A stretch of 64,000 nucleotides of DNA from assembly GCA_964611985.1 (NCBI GenBank), contig CAZTBM010000003.1:692-64691 (forward strand), written 5' to 3'. Both the position numbers and the translations under genes were made by a program. This document shows positions 37,549-46,291 of the stretch, piece by piece. Source of the DNA: an uncultured Desulfurococcales archaeon. GTDB lineage: Archaea > Thermoproteota > Thermoprotei_A > CAZTBM01 > SZUA-1508. The stretch's first letter is position 1. The number at the start of each line of letters is the position of its first letter. The notes below the pieces were generated by a model. That model saw only the letters and a program-made list of their open reading frames with translations. It ran no database searches and was not told the DNA's origin.

Positions 37549-38187
37549 ATGTCGATGTATAAGTATTTACAGCAGCTATGGAAAAGACCTTATGATGGAG
37601 AGTTTGGTAAAATACTCAAACTCAAGCTGATAAAGTGGCGTAGAGAGCCCTCTATAGTCAGAGTAGAGAAGCCAACAAGACTAGATAGAGCTAGATCACT
37701 AGGCTATAAGGCTAAACAAGGTATAATAGTTGTTAGAGTTAGAGTGAGAAAGGGAGCATTAAGAAAGCCTAGACCAAATAAGGGTAGAAGACCGAAGAGA
37801 ATGGGTGTATACGGGCACTCACCAAGAAAGAGCTTGAGATTAATAGCTGAGGAAAGAGCAGCAAGAAAATATCCAAACCTTGAAGTATTAAACAGCTACT
37901 ATGTAGGTGAGGACGGAAGATACAAATGGTTTGAAGTAATACTTGTCGACCCCCATCACCCAGTTATAAAGAGAGATCCAAACCTAAACTGGATAACAAA
38001 CAAGGCCAATAGAGGAAGGGTCTTCAGAGGATTAACATCAGCAGGAAAGAAGATGAGAGGGTTAAGAAAGAGTAGAGGACTAAAAGGAACACACAAGTAC
38101 AAGTGGAAGAAGAAACAGAAAGAAAGAAAACTAAAGAAACGACACGAAGCATCAAGAGGAGCACGTGTAATAAAACCGGAAGAATAG
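37549..38187 (+). CDS. rpl15e: 50S ribosomal protein L15e
   Basis: 212 aa with [12 protein letters not shown]...[24 protein letters not shown]. Confidence 0.95.
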   Translation: MSMYKYLQQLWKRPYDGEFGKILKLKLIKWRREPSIVRVEKPTRLDRARSLGYKAKQGIIVVRVRVRKGALRKPRPNKGRRPKRMGVYGHSPRKSLRLIAEERAARKYPNLEVLNSYYVGEDGRYKWFEVILVDPHHPVIKRDPNLNWITNKANRGRVFRGLTSAGKKMRGLRKSRGLKGTHKYKWKKKQKERKLKKRHEASRGARVIKPEE

Positions 38188-38252
38188 CTCTAATCCATGT
38201 ACTTAAACCTTTTAACTATCTTCTACCAGTTGAATACTATGGGTAATTTTTA

Positions 38253-38711
38253 ATGAAAACTACCGTTAGAGTAAGGGAAATAAGCTTTACTGTAACAGTT
38301 CACGCAACCGAAGATAAAGAGAAAGTAACCAAAGCCCTTTTAGAACTTATACCTGAAGAGTTAAGAAAAAGAGTTAGCATTACTGAAACAACATACAAAG
38401 GTTACTACGGTAATCCTATAATACTCCTATCGACTGCAATTAAAGGTAGATATGTAATTGATGTTCTAAAATATATTACTAGAAAAATGGATGATATAAG
38501 TAAGAAAATACTTAATGCAACGCTTGATTTAAGAATCGACCCAGCCCATAGATTACACCTCAGATTCAATAAACAAGATGCATATCGAGGTAAACTCACA
38601 TTATACGATGGTGATGATATAATAAAAGTCGTTATATCATTCAAGTTTAAAGAGGGATTAGAAGAGTTAAGAAAGTATTTAAAGTCCATCGGGCTGTTAC
38701 CTAATGCTTAA
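38253..38711 (+). CDS. DUF54/COG1325-type predicted RNA-binding protein of the exosome superoperon
   Basis: 152 aa with ISFTVTVHATEDKEKV. Conserved position between rpl15e and the RNase P subunit genes. Confidence 0.5.
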   Translation: MKTTVRVREISFTVTVHATEDKEKVTKALLELIPEELRKRVSITETTYKGYYGNPIILLSTAIKGRYVIDVLKYITRKMDDISKKILNATLDLRIDPAHRLHLRFNKQDAYRGKLTLYDGDDIIKVVISFKFKEGLEELRKYLKSIGLLPNA

Positions 38712-39468
38712 TCAAGGCTTCATAGACCTACATATAAAATTTAATAGCGATGTAGAAGAGAGTGAACTTATTAAAATACTTCAAGAAATATTTCGACTAA
38801 ACTACACCAGTATTGCAATATCATATAACATTAGTGAGGAAATAACAGAAGCAAATCAACTAAGAAAATACTTCGACACCATTAAATCGGTTAGGGGAAA
38901 GCTTGTCGAAAACAAGCTAGCCGTTAAAGTCTATTGCAGGTTAAATGTAATTAGCAATAACGCTAGCTTCATAAAAAAGATGCTTAGAAAGTATAGAAGA
39001 ATATTTGATATTATAGGCGTTAATCCATGTAGCTCCTTAAGTACTGCTCGATTCGCTGCTAGAGATAGACGAGTTGATATGATATTCTTTAGTTCCAGGT
39101 ATCTTCTGAAATTTTTTGATGAAACACAGGCTAAGATTATGAGCTCCACGGGTGTATTCTTAGAAATACCATTCAACATCATGTTTAGAGGTAGGAATAT
39201 CGCTTTATCCTTTAAAGCTATAAGAAAAGCTATAGCCATAGCGAAAAGATATAATGTACCTATGGTTCTATCGTCAGCCTCTTACTCCTTGTTTAATCTA
39301 ATCTCTCCTCTACAGCTTACTTCACTCTTAACAACCTTAGGATTGAATTCTGAAGAGGCCATGCTATGTATTACTGCTAATCCGAAATTCATAATTGAGA
39401 GGAACAGACATAGGAAAAGTAGGGATCATGTAGCTCCAGGAGTTGATATTATTAGAGGTGCCCCATAA
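38704..39468 (+). CDS. rnp3: RNase P protein component 3 (Rpp30)
   Basis: 254 aa with FIDLHI at the N-terminus, AARDRRVDMIFF and VLSSASYS..NLISP, consistent with the Rpp30 TIM-barrel family. Superoperon position. Confidence 0.65.
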   Translation: MLNQGFIDLHIKFNSDVEESELIKILQEIFRLNYTSIAISYNISEEITEANQLRKYFDTIKSVRGKLVENKLAVKVYCRLNVISNNASFIKKMLRKYRRIFDIIGVNPCSSLSTARFAARDRRVDMIFFSSRYLLKFFDETQAKIMSSTGVFLEIPFNIMFRGRNIALSFKAIRKAIAIAKRYNVPMVLSSASYSLFNLISPLQLTSLLTTLGLNSEEAMLCITANPKFIIERNRHRKSRDHVAPGVDIIRGAP

Positions 39469-39471
39469 AGT

Positions 39472-40038
39472 ATGCGATTTAAAGAAATAAAAGAAATAGT
39501 TATGATAAATTTAATAATGGCTTTAATAACATTCATTGTTTTAGTATACCTAGTGTTAAATGGATTCATCTTAGAGGCTTTAATTCCGCTAGTTCTTCTC
39601 ATAATTATAATCTTGAACTATAATATAATGAAAACTTACATGAAACTGAAAAGTATAACATTAACGCTCGCTAAAATTGTCACACAAAGAGCTAAGACTA
39701 AAGAACTCCTTCGTAAGCCAAGAAGACGTTATTTAGTGTTTAGAGTATTATCCGAAAAAGAACTTGATGAAGAAACATTCAAAAAAGCGATAATGACCGG
39801 GTTTAGAGAGATAGTAGGTGATCTAGGCTTAAGCCAGACAGATATAAGATTAATACTATATGAATCTAAATCAGGTTGTGGAATCCTAAGATTCAATCAT
39901 ACATACAAAGATCTTGTTCTCTTATGCCTCGCCTTAATAAGGAATATTAATGATATCAAGGTAGCTATAATACCATATAAAACTACAGGTACAATAAAGC
40001 GTGCACAAGAAATACTTAAAAGCCTAACACTAGACTAA
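39472..40038 (+). CDS. rnp2: RNase P protein component 2 (Pop5) with an unusual ~75-aa hydrophobic N-terminal extension (start uncertain)
   Basis: The C-terminal 110 aa (RRRYLVFRVLS...GCGILRFNH...TTGTIKRAQ) match Pop5. Residues 12-48 form two hydrophobic helices. Internal ATGs at 39628 and 39640 are alternative starts. Confidence 0.7.
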   Translation: MRFKEIKEIVMINLIMALITFIVLVYLVLNGFILEALIPLVLLIIIILNYNIMKTYMKLKSITLTLAKIVTQRAKTKELLRKPRRRYLVFRVLSEKELDEETFKKAIMTGFREIVGDLGLSQTDIRLILYESKSGCGILRFNHTYKDLVLLCLALIRNINDIKVAIIPYKTTGTIKRAQEILKSLTLD

Positions 40039-40044
40039 CTATTC

Positions 40045-40110
40045 TTAGATGATGAGGTCGCTCCAGATAATCGACACCGGCAGATGAGAGGCTCGCGACG
40101 AGCTGATAAA
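40045..40110 (+). ncRNA. Box C/D sRNA candidate 1
   Basis: Perfect C box AUGAUGA (40049-40055) and D box CUGA (40103-40106), 58 nt end to end. Internal C'-like AUGAGAG (40084-40090) lies 12 nt before D. The D' box is unclear. Confidence 0.45.
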
Positions 40111-40151
40111 GATAGACAAACCTAAATTACTAAAATTCACTCTTGCTGAGA

Positions 40152-40237
40152 CCCGTAAAAGGCGATGTAATAGCTGATCTGCAGGCTCAAACCAATATGG
40201 CCTAGCACCTCAATTTGAAGCCTTTACGGGCGGCAGA
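40152..40237 (+). ncRNA. Long imperfect hairpin, structured-RNA candidate of unknown class (H/ACA-like geometry possible)
   Basis: CCCGUAAAAGGC (40152-40163) pairs with GCCUUUACGGG (40220-40230): 11 bp with one bulged A. It encloses 56 nt containing an inner stem AGGC/GCCU. An AGA triplet lies at 40235-40237. Confidence 0.25.
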
Positions 40238-40247
40238 GGTATAAAAT

Positions 40248-40306
40248 TAGGTGATGACATACACCCCGATACTGAATCTCATGAAGTGAAGGTAGGTTGC
40301 TGATTG
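40248..40306 (+). ncRNA. Box C/D sRNA candidate 2
   Basis: C box GUGAUGA (40251-40257), D' CUGA (40272-40275), C'-like AUGAAGU (40281-40287), a 12-nt spacer, then D box CUGA (40300-40303). Total 53 nt. Confidence 0.5.
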
Positions 40307-40364
40307 TTGATACTTATTAATTAGCTGGCTTCTAATTTTAAAAGTATAGAGTATACTCATATTA

Positions 40365-40428
40365 TGGGATGATGACTCCCTCGGTTAACTTGAAAGTATA
40401 AGATGTGATAGGGACTACCATCTGACCT
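40365..40428 (+). ncRNA. Box C/D sRNA candidate 3
   Basis: C box AUGAUGA (40369-40375), D'-like UUGA (40390-40393), C'-like GUGAUAG (40405-40411), D box CUGA (40422-40425). Flanking GG/CC could close a short stem. Confidence 0.5.
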
Positions 40429-40566
40429 TCCTACCTCTGGTTAAGTCTAGTTATACGTCATGTAAAGCGAGAATTATTATGAGCATTGGAGAAAATATTA
40501 TAACTTACCCTTACAATACTAGGTCGAAGACTGAGAGTGAAAAGGGATAATCCTAGGTGTACTTGG

Positions 40567-41295
40567 ATGTTTGCACCAACAGGTATGGGATATGACAGAG
40601 CGATAACAATATTTTCTCCAGATGGTAAACTCTATCAAGTTGAATACGCCTTTGAGGCTGTAAAGAGAGGTTGGACGACGCTAGGTGTGAGGTCTAACTC
40701 TGCAGTAGTATTAGCTGTTGAGAAGAGGCAGATAATGCCTCTACTTGACTTATTATCTATAGAGAAGATATTCAAAGTTGATGACCATATTTGCATGACG
40801 TTTGCTGGATTTGCAGCTGATGGCAGAATACTCATAGATTATGCAAGGCTCAGAGCTTTACAACATAGACTATTATATGACGAACCAATAGATGTAGAGG
40901 CATTAACTAAGAGAGTATGTGATGTAATACAAAGTTACACTCAGCATGCAGGCGTTAGACCATTCGGTGTAGCCTTATTAATAGCTGGTATAGACGACTA
41001 TGGAACACACCTATTCATGACCGAGCCTAGTGGACAATACATGAGCTACTTCGCCATAGCAATAGGCTCAGGTGCGCAAGCAGCAAATGAGTATCTAGAG
41101 AAACACTATAGTAAAAATTTAACAGTTGATGAAACTATAATCTTAGCCCTTAGAGCACTTTCAACAGTTATGGAAGGTAAAATAAAACCAGAATTAATAG
41201 ACATTGGAGTAATAGACGTAAAGACTAGAATGTTCAAGAAACTAACAATAGATGAAGTAAGAGGCTACTTATCTAAGGTAACAGGGCAAAGCTAA
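40567..41295 (+). CDS. psmA: Proteasome alpha subunit
   Basis: MFAPTGMGYDRAITIFSPDGKLYQVEYA is the canonical N-terminus, so the start is set at ATG 40567. The track GTG 40537 adds 10 unlikely residues. Confidence 0.95.
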   Translation: MFAPTGMGYDRAITIFSPDGKLYQVEYAFEAVKRGWTTLGVRSNSAVVLAVEKRQIMPLLDLLSIEKIFKVDDHICMTFAGFAADGRILIDYARLRALQHRLLYDEPIDVEALTKRVCDVIQSYTQHAGVRPFGVALLIAGIDDYGTHLFMTEPSGQYMSYFAIAIGSGAQAANEYLEKHYSKNLTVDETIILALRALSTVMEGKIKPELIDIGVIDVKTRMFKKLTIDEVRGYLSKVTGQS

Positions 41296-41373
41296 AGTAT
41301 CCTCAAGTGCTATTTAAACGTAAGGTGATAAGGCAGTAAATAACTAAGGTATAATAAGTTTAGGTGAGTATTA

Positions 41374-42072
41374 TTGCCCAAACAAGATTACGTCATAGCT
41401 AGACTTGAATCACATGGTCACACATTTGAAATCTTAGTTAAACCTGATTTAGCATTTAAGTTTAAAGAAGGTAAAAAGGTTAGCATGAGTGAGGTCTTAG
41501 TAGGCGATATTGTTTACAAGGATGCTAGAAAAGGATTAAAAGCTTCAGAAGAGGCTATGAGAAAAGTCTTCAGAACAACAGATATTTACAAAATAGCAGA
41601 AATTATCCTTAAAAGAGGAGAGATACAATTAACAGCTGATCAAAGAAGGGCACTAATTGAGGCTAAAAAGAAACAAATTATATCCTTTATCTCAAGAAAC
41701 TGTATAGATCCTAAAACAGGATTACCTCATCCACCAAAGAGAATAGAATTAGCTATGGAACAAGCTAGAGTAGGCATAGATCCCTTCAAAGATGCTGAAG
41801 CACAGGCACTTCAAATCATCAAAGCTATAAGTCGTATCCTTCCAATAAAAATTGCTAAAGCTTACGTACAAGTTCTTATACCACCACAATACTCAGGAAG
41901 AGCCTACTCGGCGCTAATGGGATTTGGTGAGATTAAACGAACACAATGGAAGGGAGACGGATCGCTCATAATGGAGTTGGAAATCCCAGCAGGTTTACAG
42001 CAAGAACTAATTGATAAGGTTAACGCGTTAACCAAAGGCACGGGCGAAGTAAAAATATTATACAAAAAGTGA
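41374..42072 (+). CDS. sdo1: Ribosome maturation protein SDO1 (SBDS homologue)
   Basis: 232 aa, TTG start 6 nt after [24 protein letters not shown]... is a typical FYSH-domain N-terminus. Confidence 0.85.
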   Translation: MPKQDYVIARLESHGHTFEILVKPDLAFKFKEGKKVSMSEVLVGDIVYKDARKGLKASEEAMRKVFRTTDIYKIAEIILKRGEIQLTADQRRALIEAKKKQIISFISRNCIDPKTGLPHPPKRIELAMEQARVGIDPFKDAEAQALQIIKAISRILPIKIAKAYVQVLIPPQYSGRAYSALMGFGEIKRTQWKGDGSLIMELEIPAGLQQELIDKVNALTKGTGEVKILYKK

Positions 42073-42081
42073 GGGATACTT

Positions 42082-42813
42082 ATGCCTATATATGTTCAGA
42101 ATAGAGAGCTTGTGACACCAGGTACGTTACTCGCTGAAAATGAAGATTTAAGACTAGAATCACCAACAGTATTTAAACATGGAAATAAAGTTTATTCGTC
42201 TACAATAGGTTTAGTTGACATATCAGACAAGAGAATAAACGTTATACCTTTAGAAGGCAAGTACATACCAAAAGTTGGCGATTTAGTCATAGGGTTAATC
42301 GAAGACTATGGTTTAACATACTGGATAGTTGATATTAAAGCTCCGTACAAAGCTATATTAAATGTAGGAGAGGTTTTAAATAAACCCTTCAACCCATTAA
42401 AAGAGAACATAAAGAACATATATGACATAGGCGACTATGTTCTAGCCAAGGTAATAGCCTTTGACAGAACTAAAGACCCAGCATTAACAACTAAACAAAA
42501 AGGCCTTGGAAAAATCACCAAAGGCAGAATCGTAGAGATAATACCATCGAGAGTTCCAAGAGTTATAGGTAAAAAGGCCTCCATGATAACTATGCTTAAA
42601 ACTGAAACAAAATGTCAAATAACTGTAGGATTAAACGGTAGAATATGGATTATAGGTCCCTCACCTGAGTACGAGGAAATAGCCATATTAGCTATAAAGA
42701 AAATCGAGAATGAAGCACACACATCAGGCTTAACTGATAGAATTAGAGCTTTCATCCGTAAGGAGCTTGAGAAGAGAGAGTTAAAGGTGGTGGAAGGTGA
42801 GAGAAAAGCCTAA
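42082..42813 (+). CDS. rrp4: Exosome complex RNA-binding subunit Rrp4 (S1 + KH)
   Basis: 243 aa with the S1 segment [13 protein letters not shown]....W.VDI and the KH segment GKKASMI..L...T.C.I.VG.NGRIWI. Confidence 0.9.
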   Translation: MPIYVQNRELVTPGTLLAENEDLRLESPTVFKHGNKVYSSTIGLVDISDKRINVIPLEGKYIPKVGDLVIGLIEDYGLTYWIVDIKAPYKAILNVGEVLNKPFNPLKENIKNIYDIGDYVLAKVIAFDRTKDPALTTKQKGLGKITKGRIVEIIPSRVPRVIGKKASMITMLKTETKCQITVGLNGRIWIIGPSPEYEEIAILAIKKIENEAHTSGLTDRIRAFIRKELEKRELKVVEGERKA

Positions 42814-43531
42814 ACTAATAGATGAAAATGGGAGAAGAATTGATGGAAGACGCCTTGATGAATTAAGACCTTTAAGAATGGAAGTTGGAGTATTAAAGAA
42901 TGCTGATGGTTCAGCCTATGTGGAGTATGGTAATACTAAGGTTATAGTTGCAGTTTATGGACCTAGAGAAATACATCCTAAACATCTTACATTACCTGAT
43001 AGAGCGATTATAAGATGCCGCTACCATATGACTTCATTTTCAACAACAGAGAGGAAATCACCAGCGCCCACAAGAAGAGAAATAGAGTTATCAAAAGTTA
43101 TAAGAGAGGCGCTTGAAGGAGTCATATTCACGGAGCTATATCCTAGAACATCCATTGATATATTCATAGAGGTACTACAAGCTGATGGAGGAACACGTAC
43201 TGCAGGTATAACTGCAGCATCATTAGCGCTTGCAGATGCAGGTATACCAATGAAAGATCTTGTGGCAGGTGTAGCTGTAGGTAAGATTGATGGAGTACTC
43301 GTATTAGACATTAATGAAGTGGAGGACGAGTTTGGTGAAGCGGACCTACCGGTGGCAATGATGCCCTCATTTAAGGAGATAACCCTATTGCAGATGAATG
43401 GTGTATTGAGTGAAGATGAATTTTGGGAAGCACTAAAACTTGCTGAGAAAGGGGTCATGGAGATCTATAAGGCACAGAAGGAAGCCCTCATGAATAAATA
43501 TTCAAGAGTAAAAGTTGAGGTGGAGGAGTAA
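42797..43531 (+). CDS. rrp41: Exosome complex exonuclease Rrp41 (RNase PH domain, active subunit)
   Basis: 244 aa with [25 protein letters not shown] and [25 protein letters not shown]. Confidence 0.92.
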   Translation: MREKPKLIDENGRRIDGRRLDELRPLRMEVGVLKNADGSAYVEYGNTKVIVAVYGPREIHPKHLTLPDRAIIRCRYHMTSFSTTERKSPAPTRREIELSKVIREALEGVIFTELYPRTSIDIFIEVLQADGGTRTAGITAASLALADAGIPMKDLVAGVAVGKIDGVLVLDINEVEDEFGEADLPVAMMPSFKEITLLQMNGVLSEDEFWEALKLAEKGVMEIYKAQKEALMNKYSRVKVEVEE

Positions 43532-43533
43532 AA

Positions 43534-44427
43534 TTGTCCATCACACCCACAAGTGGAAGAATCATACCCAGATTAAGAAAGGATACAATATTATCATTAT
43601 TAGAAAAGAATACCAGACTTGATGGTAGAAGATTAGACGAATATCGTGAAGTAATTGTAGCTCCAGGAGTTATACCTAAAGCTGAAGGCTCAGCATTAGC
43701 AAAAATAGGCTCGACAACAGCCATTGCAGGAGTGAAAGTTGGCGTTGGAACACCGTTCCCAGATACCCCAGATGAAGGGGTCTTAACAGTTAATGTGGAA
43801 TTCGTACCATTAGCTTCACCAACGTTAGAACCTGGACCTCCAGATGAAAACGCTATCGAGATAGCAAGAGTAATAGACAGGTGTCTTAGAGAAATTAGAG
43901 CAGTAGACATAGGTAAACTTGTGATTATACCTGGTGAAAAAGTATACATAATATGGCTTGATGTATACATACTAGACCATGATGGTAATGTACTTGATGC
44001 CTCAATGTTAGCCGGTATGGCTGCTCTACTTAATACTAAATTACCTAAAGTCGAGATTGATGAAAAGAAAAATGTTAAAATAGTTCGTGAAGAAACAACA
44101 CCATTACCTGTAAACCATAAAGTAGTTACAGTAAGCATTGCGAAGATAGGAAGTAAGCTTATAGTTGATCCAAACTTAGACGAAGACGACATAATCGACG
44201 CTAAGATAACAATAGGTATATCAGATGATGGAAGAATAGTAGGTTTACAAAAAGCTGGCTCGGGAGTGCTCACCTATGATGACCTAAAGTTAGCTATGAA
44301 GTATGCTAAGGAGAATGCTGCAAAACTACTAAAAATACTTGAAGAGAAAAGTAACACTAAAGTCGATCTAGACGATGTACTAAAATCATATATAGAAGGG
44401 AAAATTTTAAAACATCAAGTAGTTTAA
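43534..44427 (+). CDS. rrp42: Exosome complex subunit Rrp42 (RNase PH domain, inactive)
   Basis: 297 aa, TTG start after GGAGGAG. Contains RLDGRRLDEYRE, AEGSALAKIGSTT and LDHDGNVLDAS.LA. Confidence 0.9.
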   Translation: MSITPTSGRIIPRLRKDTILSLLEKNTRLDGRRLDEYREVIVAPGVIPKAEGSALAKIGSTTAIAGVKVGVGTPFPDTPDEGVLTVNVEFVPLASPTLEPGPPDENAIEIARVIDRCLREIRAVDIGKLVIIPGEKVYIIWLDVYILDHDGNVLDASMLAGMAALLNTKLPKVEIDEKKNVKIVREETTPLPVNHKVVTVSIAKIGSKLIVDPNLDEDDIIDAKITIGISDDGRIVGLQKAGSGVLTYDDLKLAMKYAKENAAKLLKILEEKSNTKVDLDDVLKSYIEGKILKHQVV

Positions 44428-44471
44428 TCTCCTAGACTCTGCACCCATAATAGTGATATGGGGGTATCCTA

Positions 44472-44732
44472 ATGGCCAGAACAAAAGTAGTAAGAATAGC
44501 TGGCAGATATGGCGCTAGATATGGATCTACTTTAAGGAAGAAAGTTAGAGACATACTTGAAAAAAGATATGCTCCACATAAATGCCCATTCTGTGGAGTA
44601 AAGGGAAAAATAGTACGTATTAGTGTTGGTATATGGAAGTGCAAGAAGTGTAATACTGTATTTGCTGGAGGAGCATATGTACCAAAAACAGGGCTAGCAC
44701 GATACCTGCCAAGTGTTATAATTAAGGAGTAA
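44472..44732 (+). CDS. rpl37ae: 50S ribosomal protein L37Ae
   Basis: 86 aa with GRYGARYG and the zinc ribbon CPFCG...WKCKKC. Confidence 0.93.
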   Translation: MARTKVVRIAGRYGARYGSTLRKKVRDILEKRYAPHKCPFCGVKGKIVRISVGIWKCKKCNTVFAGGAYVPKTGLARYLPSVIIKE

Positions 44733-44743
44733 ATGAGTTAAAC

Positions 44744-45301
44744 ATGTACTATGATATAGTTTTAACCACTTCTCATAACCCATCACCCAAGCTTAGAACA
44801 TTTATTAAAGAATTGTACTTGACATTGCCGAGAAGCATTAGAGTTACACGAGGTAAACGAACTCTTACGACATTACTTCTTGAAGCACTAACATATAAGG
44901 CTAAGAGAGTAATTGTAGGTTCCGAGAAAAAGGGAAATCCAAGAGGACTTATAGTTTACTATGTAGATGAAGGCTTACATAAGTTAGTTAAAAAATACAC
45001 AATTATATTCACTGGAGTGACGCTATGGAGGGAAATACCAAATGCAACAAGAGTATATAATCCAGAGAATATAGGAGTACGTACTTTAAGTGATGATAAG
45101 GATTCTCTTTACATTTCCGAAAAAATAGCTGACTCTTTTCTAGCGAAGATAATTTTAGATGAAGCCCATATAGATCAATATGATGTAATAATAGATATCT
45201 CTAGGAGTGGTAATATATTTCATCTCAAATTCATTAATCCATCCACTAAAAGACTTTGTGGGCCTGTAATTCGGGTGGTTAAGGTATTAGAACATGACTA
45301 A
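44744..45301 (+). CDS. Brix-domain protein (Imp4/Mil family ribosome biogenesis factor)
   Basis: 185 aa with ILTTSHNPSPKLRTFIKEL..LPRS. Conserved superoperon position after rpl37ae. Confidence 0.7.
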   Translation: MYYDIVLTTSHNPSPKLRTFIKELYLTLPRSIRVTRGKRTLTTLLLEALTYKAKRVIVGSEKKGNPRGLIVYYVDEGLHKLVKKYTIIFTGVTLWREIPNATRVYNPENIGVRTLSDDKDSLYISEKIADSFLAKIILDEAHIDQYDVIIDISRSGNIFHLKFINPSTKRLCGPVIRVVKVLEHD

Positions 45302-45545
45302 GCTAGAATCGAATATTGAAATTGAATTCGCAAATGAGAAGATAGCCCAGGCTGTTTATGAAGCAATAATACCTGAGATAAAGCGACCACCCTCGGGTAG
45401 AGCAGATGTTAAGATTAAACTTGTAGGTAATAAGATTATTTTAAATATTTCTACTACGACTATCTCCTCGCTAAGAGCCGCAATAAACTCTTATCTAAGA
45501 TGGATCTATAGTATAAGTGAAACATGTAAAAACTTGGTGAAATAG
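45294..45545 (+). CDS. pcc1: KEOPS subunit Pcc1
   Basis: 83 aa. IEIEFANEKIAQAVYEAI.PE...KIILNISTTTISSLRAAINSYLRWI closely follows the archaeal Pcc1 pattern. Confidence 0.75.
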   Translation: MTKLESNIEIEFANEKIAQAVYEAIIPEIKRPPSGRADVKIKLVGNKIILNISTTTISSLRAAINSYLRWIYSISETCKNLVK

Positions 45546-45546
45546 C

Positions 45547-45915
45547 ATGGCAGAGCAAATACCACCAGAATTACAGAACAAAATAATGCATCTTCAACAA
45601 CTTCAGAACCAGTTAAACATGATTAGATTGCAAAAACAGTCCGCTGAACTGGAACTTAGAGAGGTAGAAAGAGTTTTAAAGGAAATACAGGATGTTCCTG
45701 CTAATGAAATATTATACAAAAGCCTCGGACACATTCTTGTGAAAACAACAAAAGAGAAGATAGAAAAAGAGCTTAATGAGAAGAAAGAGATATTAGAACT
45801 AAGACTTAAAGCTCTTGAAAGACAAGAAAAACATATTGAAGCACAATATGATGATTTGAGACGTAAAGTTACAGAGGAACTGACTAAGATTTACAGGGCA
45901 AAGCCAGCAGCTTAA
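45547..45915 (+). CDS. pfdB: Prefoldin beta subunit
   Basis: 122 aa coiled coil with IPPELQNKIMHLQQLQNQL... and a central beta-hairpin, LYKSLGHILVK. Confidence 0.85.
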   Translation: MAEQIPPELQNKIMHLQQLQNQLNMIRLQKQSAELELREVERVLKEIQDVPANEILYKSLGHILVKTTKEKIEKELNEKKEILELRLKALERQEKHIEAQYDDLRRKVTEELTKIYRAKPAA

Positions 45916-45928
45916 AGCATAAAATGTC

Positions 45929-46291
45929 GTGAACCTAAAGATGAAGAGAAAGGATAGCGAAATCGAGAGAATAATTGACATTGGCTTAGACATTAAGAGT
46001 ATAAATCTTGACATATTAAAAATCGTGCTTGACGAAGCAGAAAGAAGCATAAGAAAACATCTCATAAAAAGCGTAGGACTAGAATATCTAAGTGATGTAT
46101 CAGTAGTATTAAAAGCTGAAGTAATCGATGATAAAGTTACATTCATTGTTGATGTATCTTTTTCTGCACCAAGAGTGCTCACATTAGATTACGAGAAAAC
46201 CGTTGATGAAGCCATAGAGAAAGCTTTTGAAACCATTGAGAGGAGGCTAAGACTCCTTGGCAAAAGAGGTAATAAAGGAGAACAAGAATGA
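45929..46291 (+). CDS. Conserved hypothetical protein of the superoperon (no recognised motif)
   Basis: 120-aa ORF, GTG start, same strand and tightly spaced after pfdB. Confidence 0.3.
   Translation: MNLKMKRKDSEIERIIDIGLDIKSINLDILKIVLDEAERSIRKHLIKSVGLEYLSDVSVVLKAEVIDDKVTFIVDVSFSAPRVLTLDYEKTVDEAIEKAFETIERRLRLLGKRGNKGEQE

Noticed and set aside
40537-40566. GTG-initiated 10-codon extension of the proteasome alpha subunit
   Set aside because: The canonical alpha-subunit N-terminus (MFAPTGMGYDRAITIFSPDG) begins at ATG 40567.
43488-44273. 261-aa minus-strand ORF antisense to rrp42
   Set aside because: Its product is low-complexity (Ser/Thr/Ile/Pro rich). It fully overlaps a confidently identified gene. 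Coding strands here are purine-rich, which suppresses stops on the complementary strand. There are no motifs and no start context.
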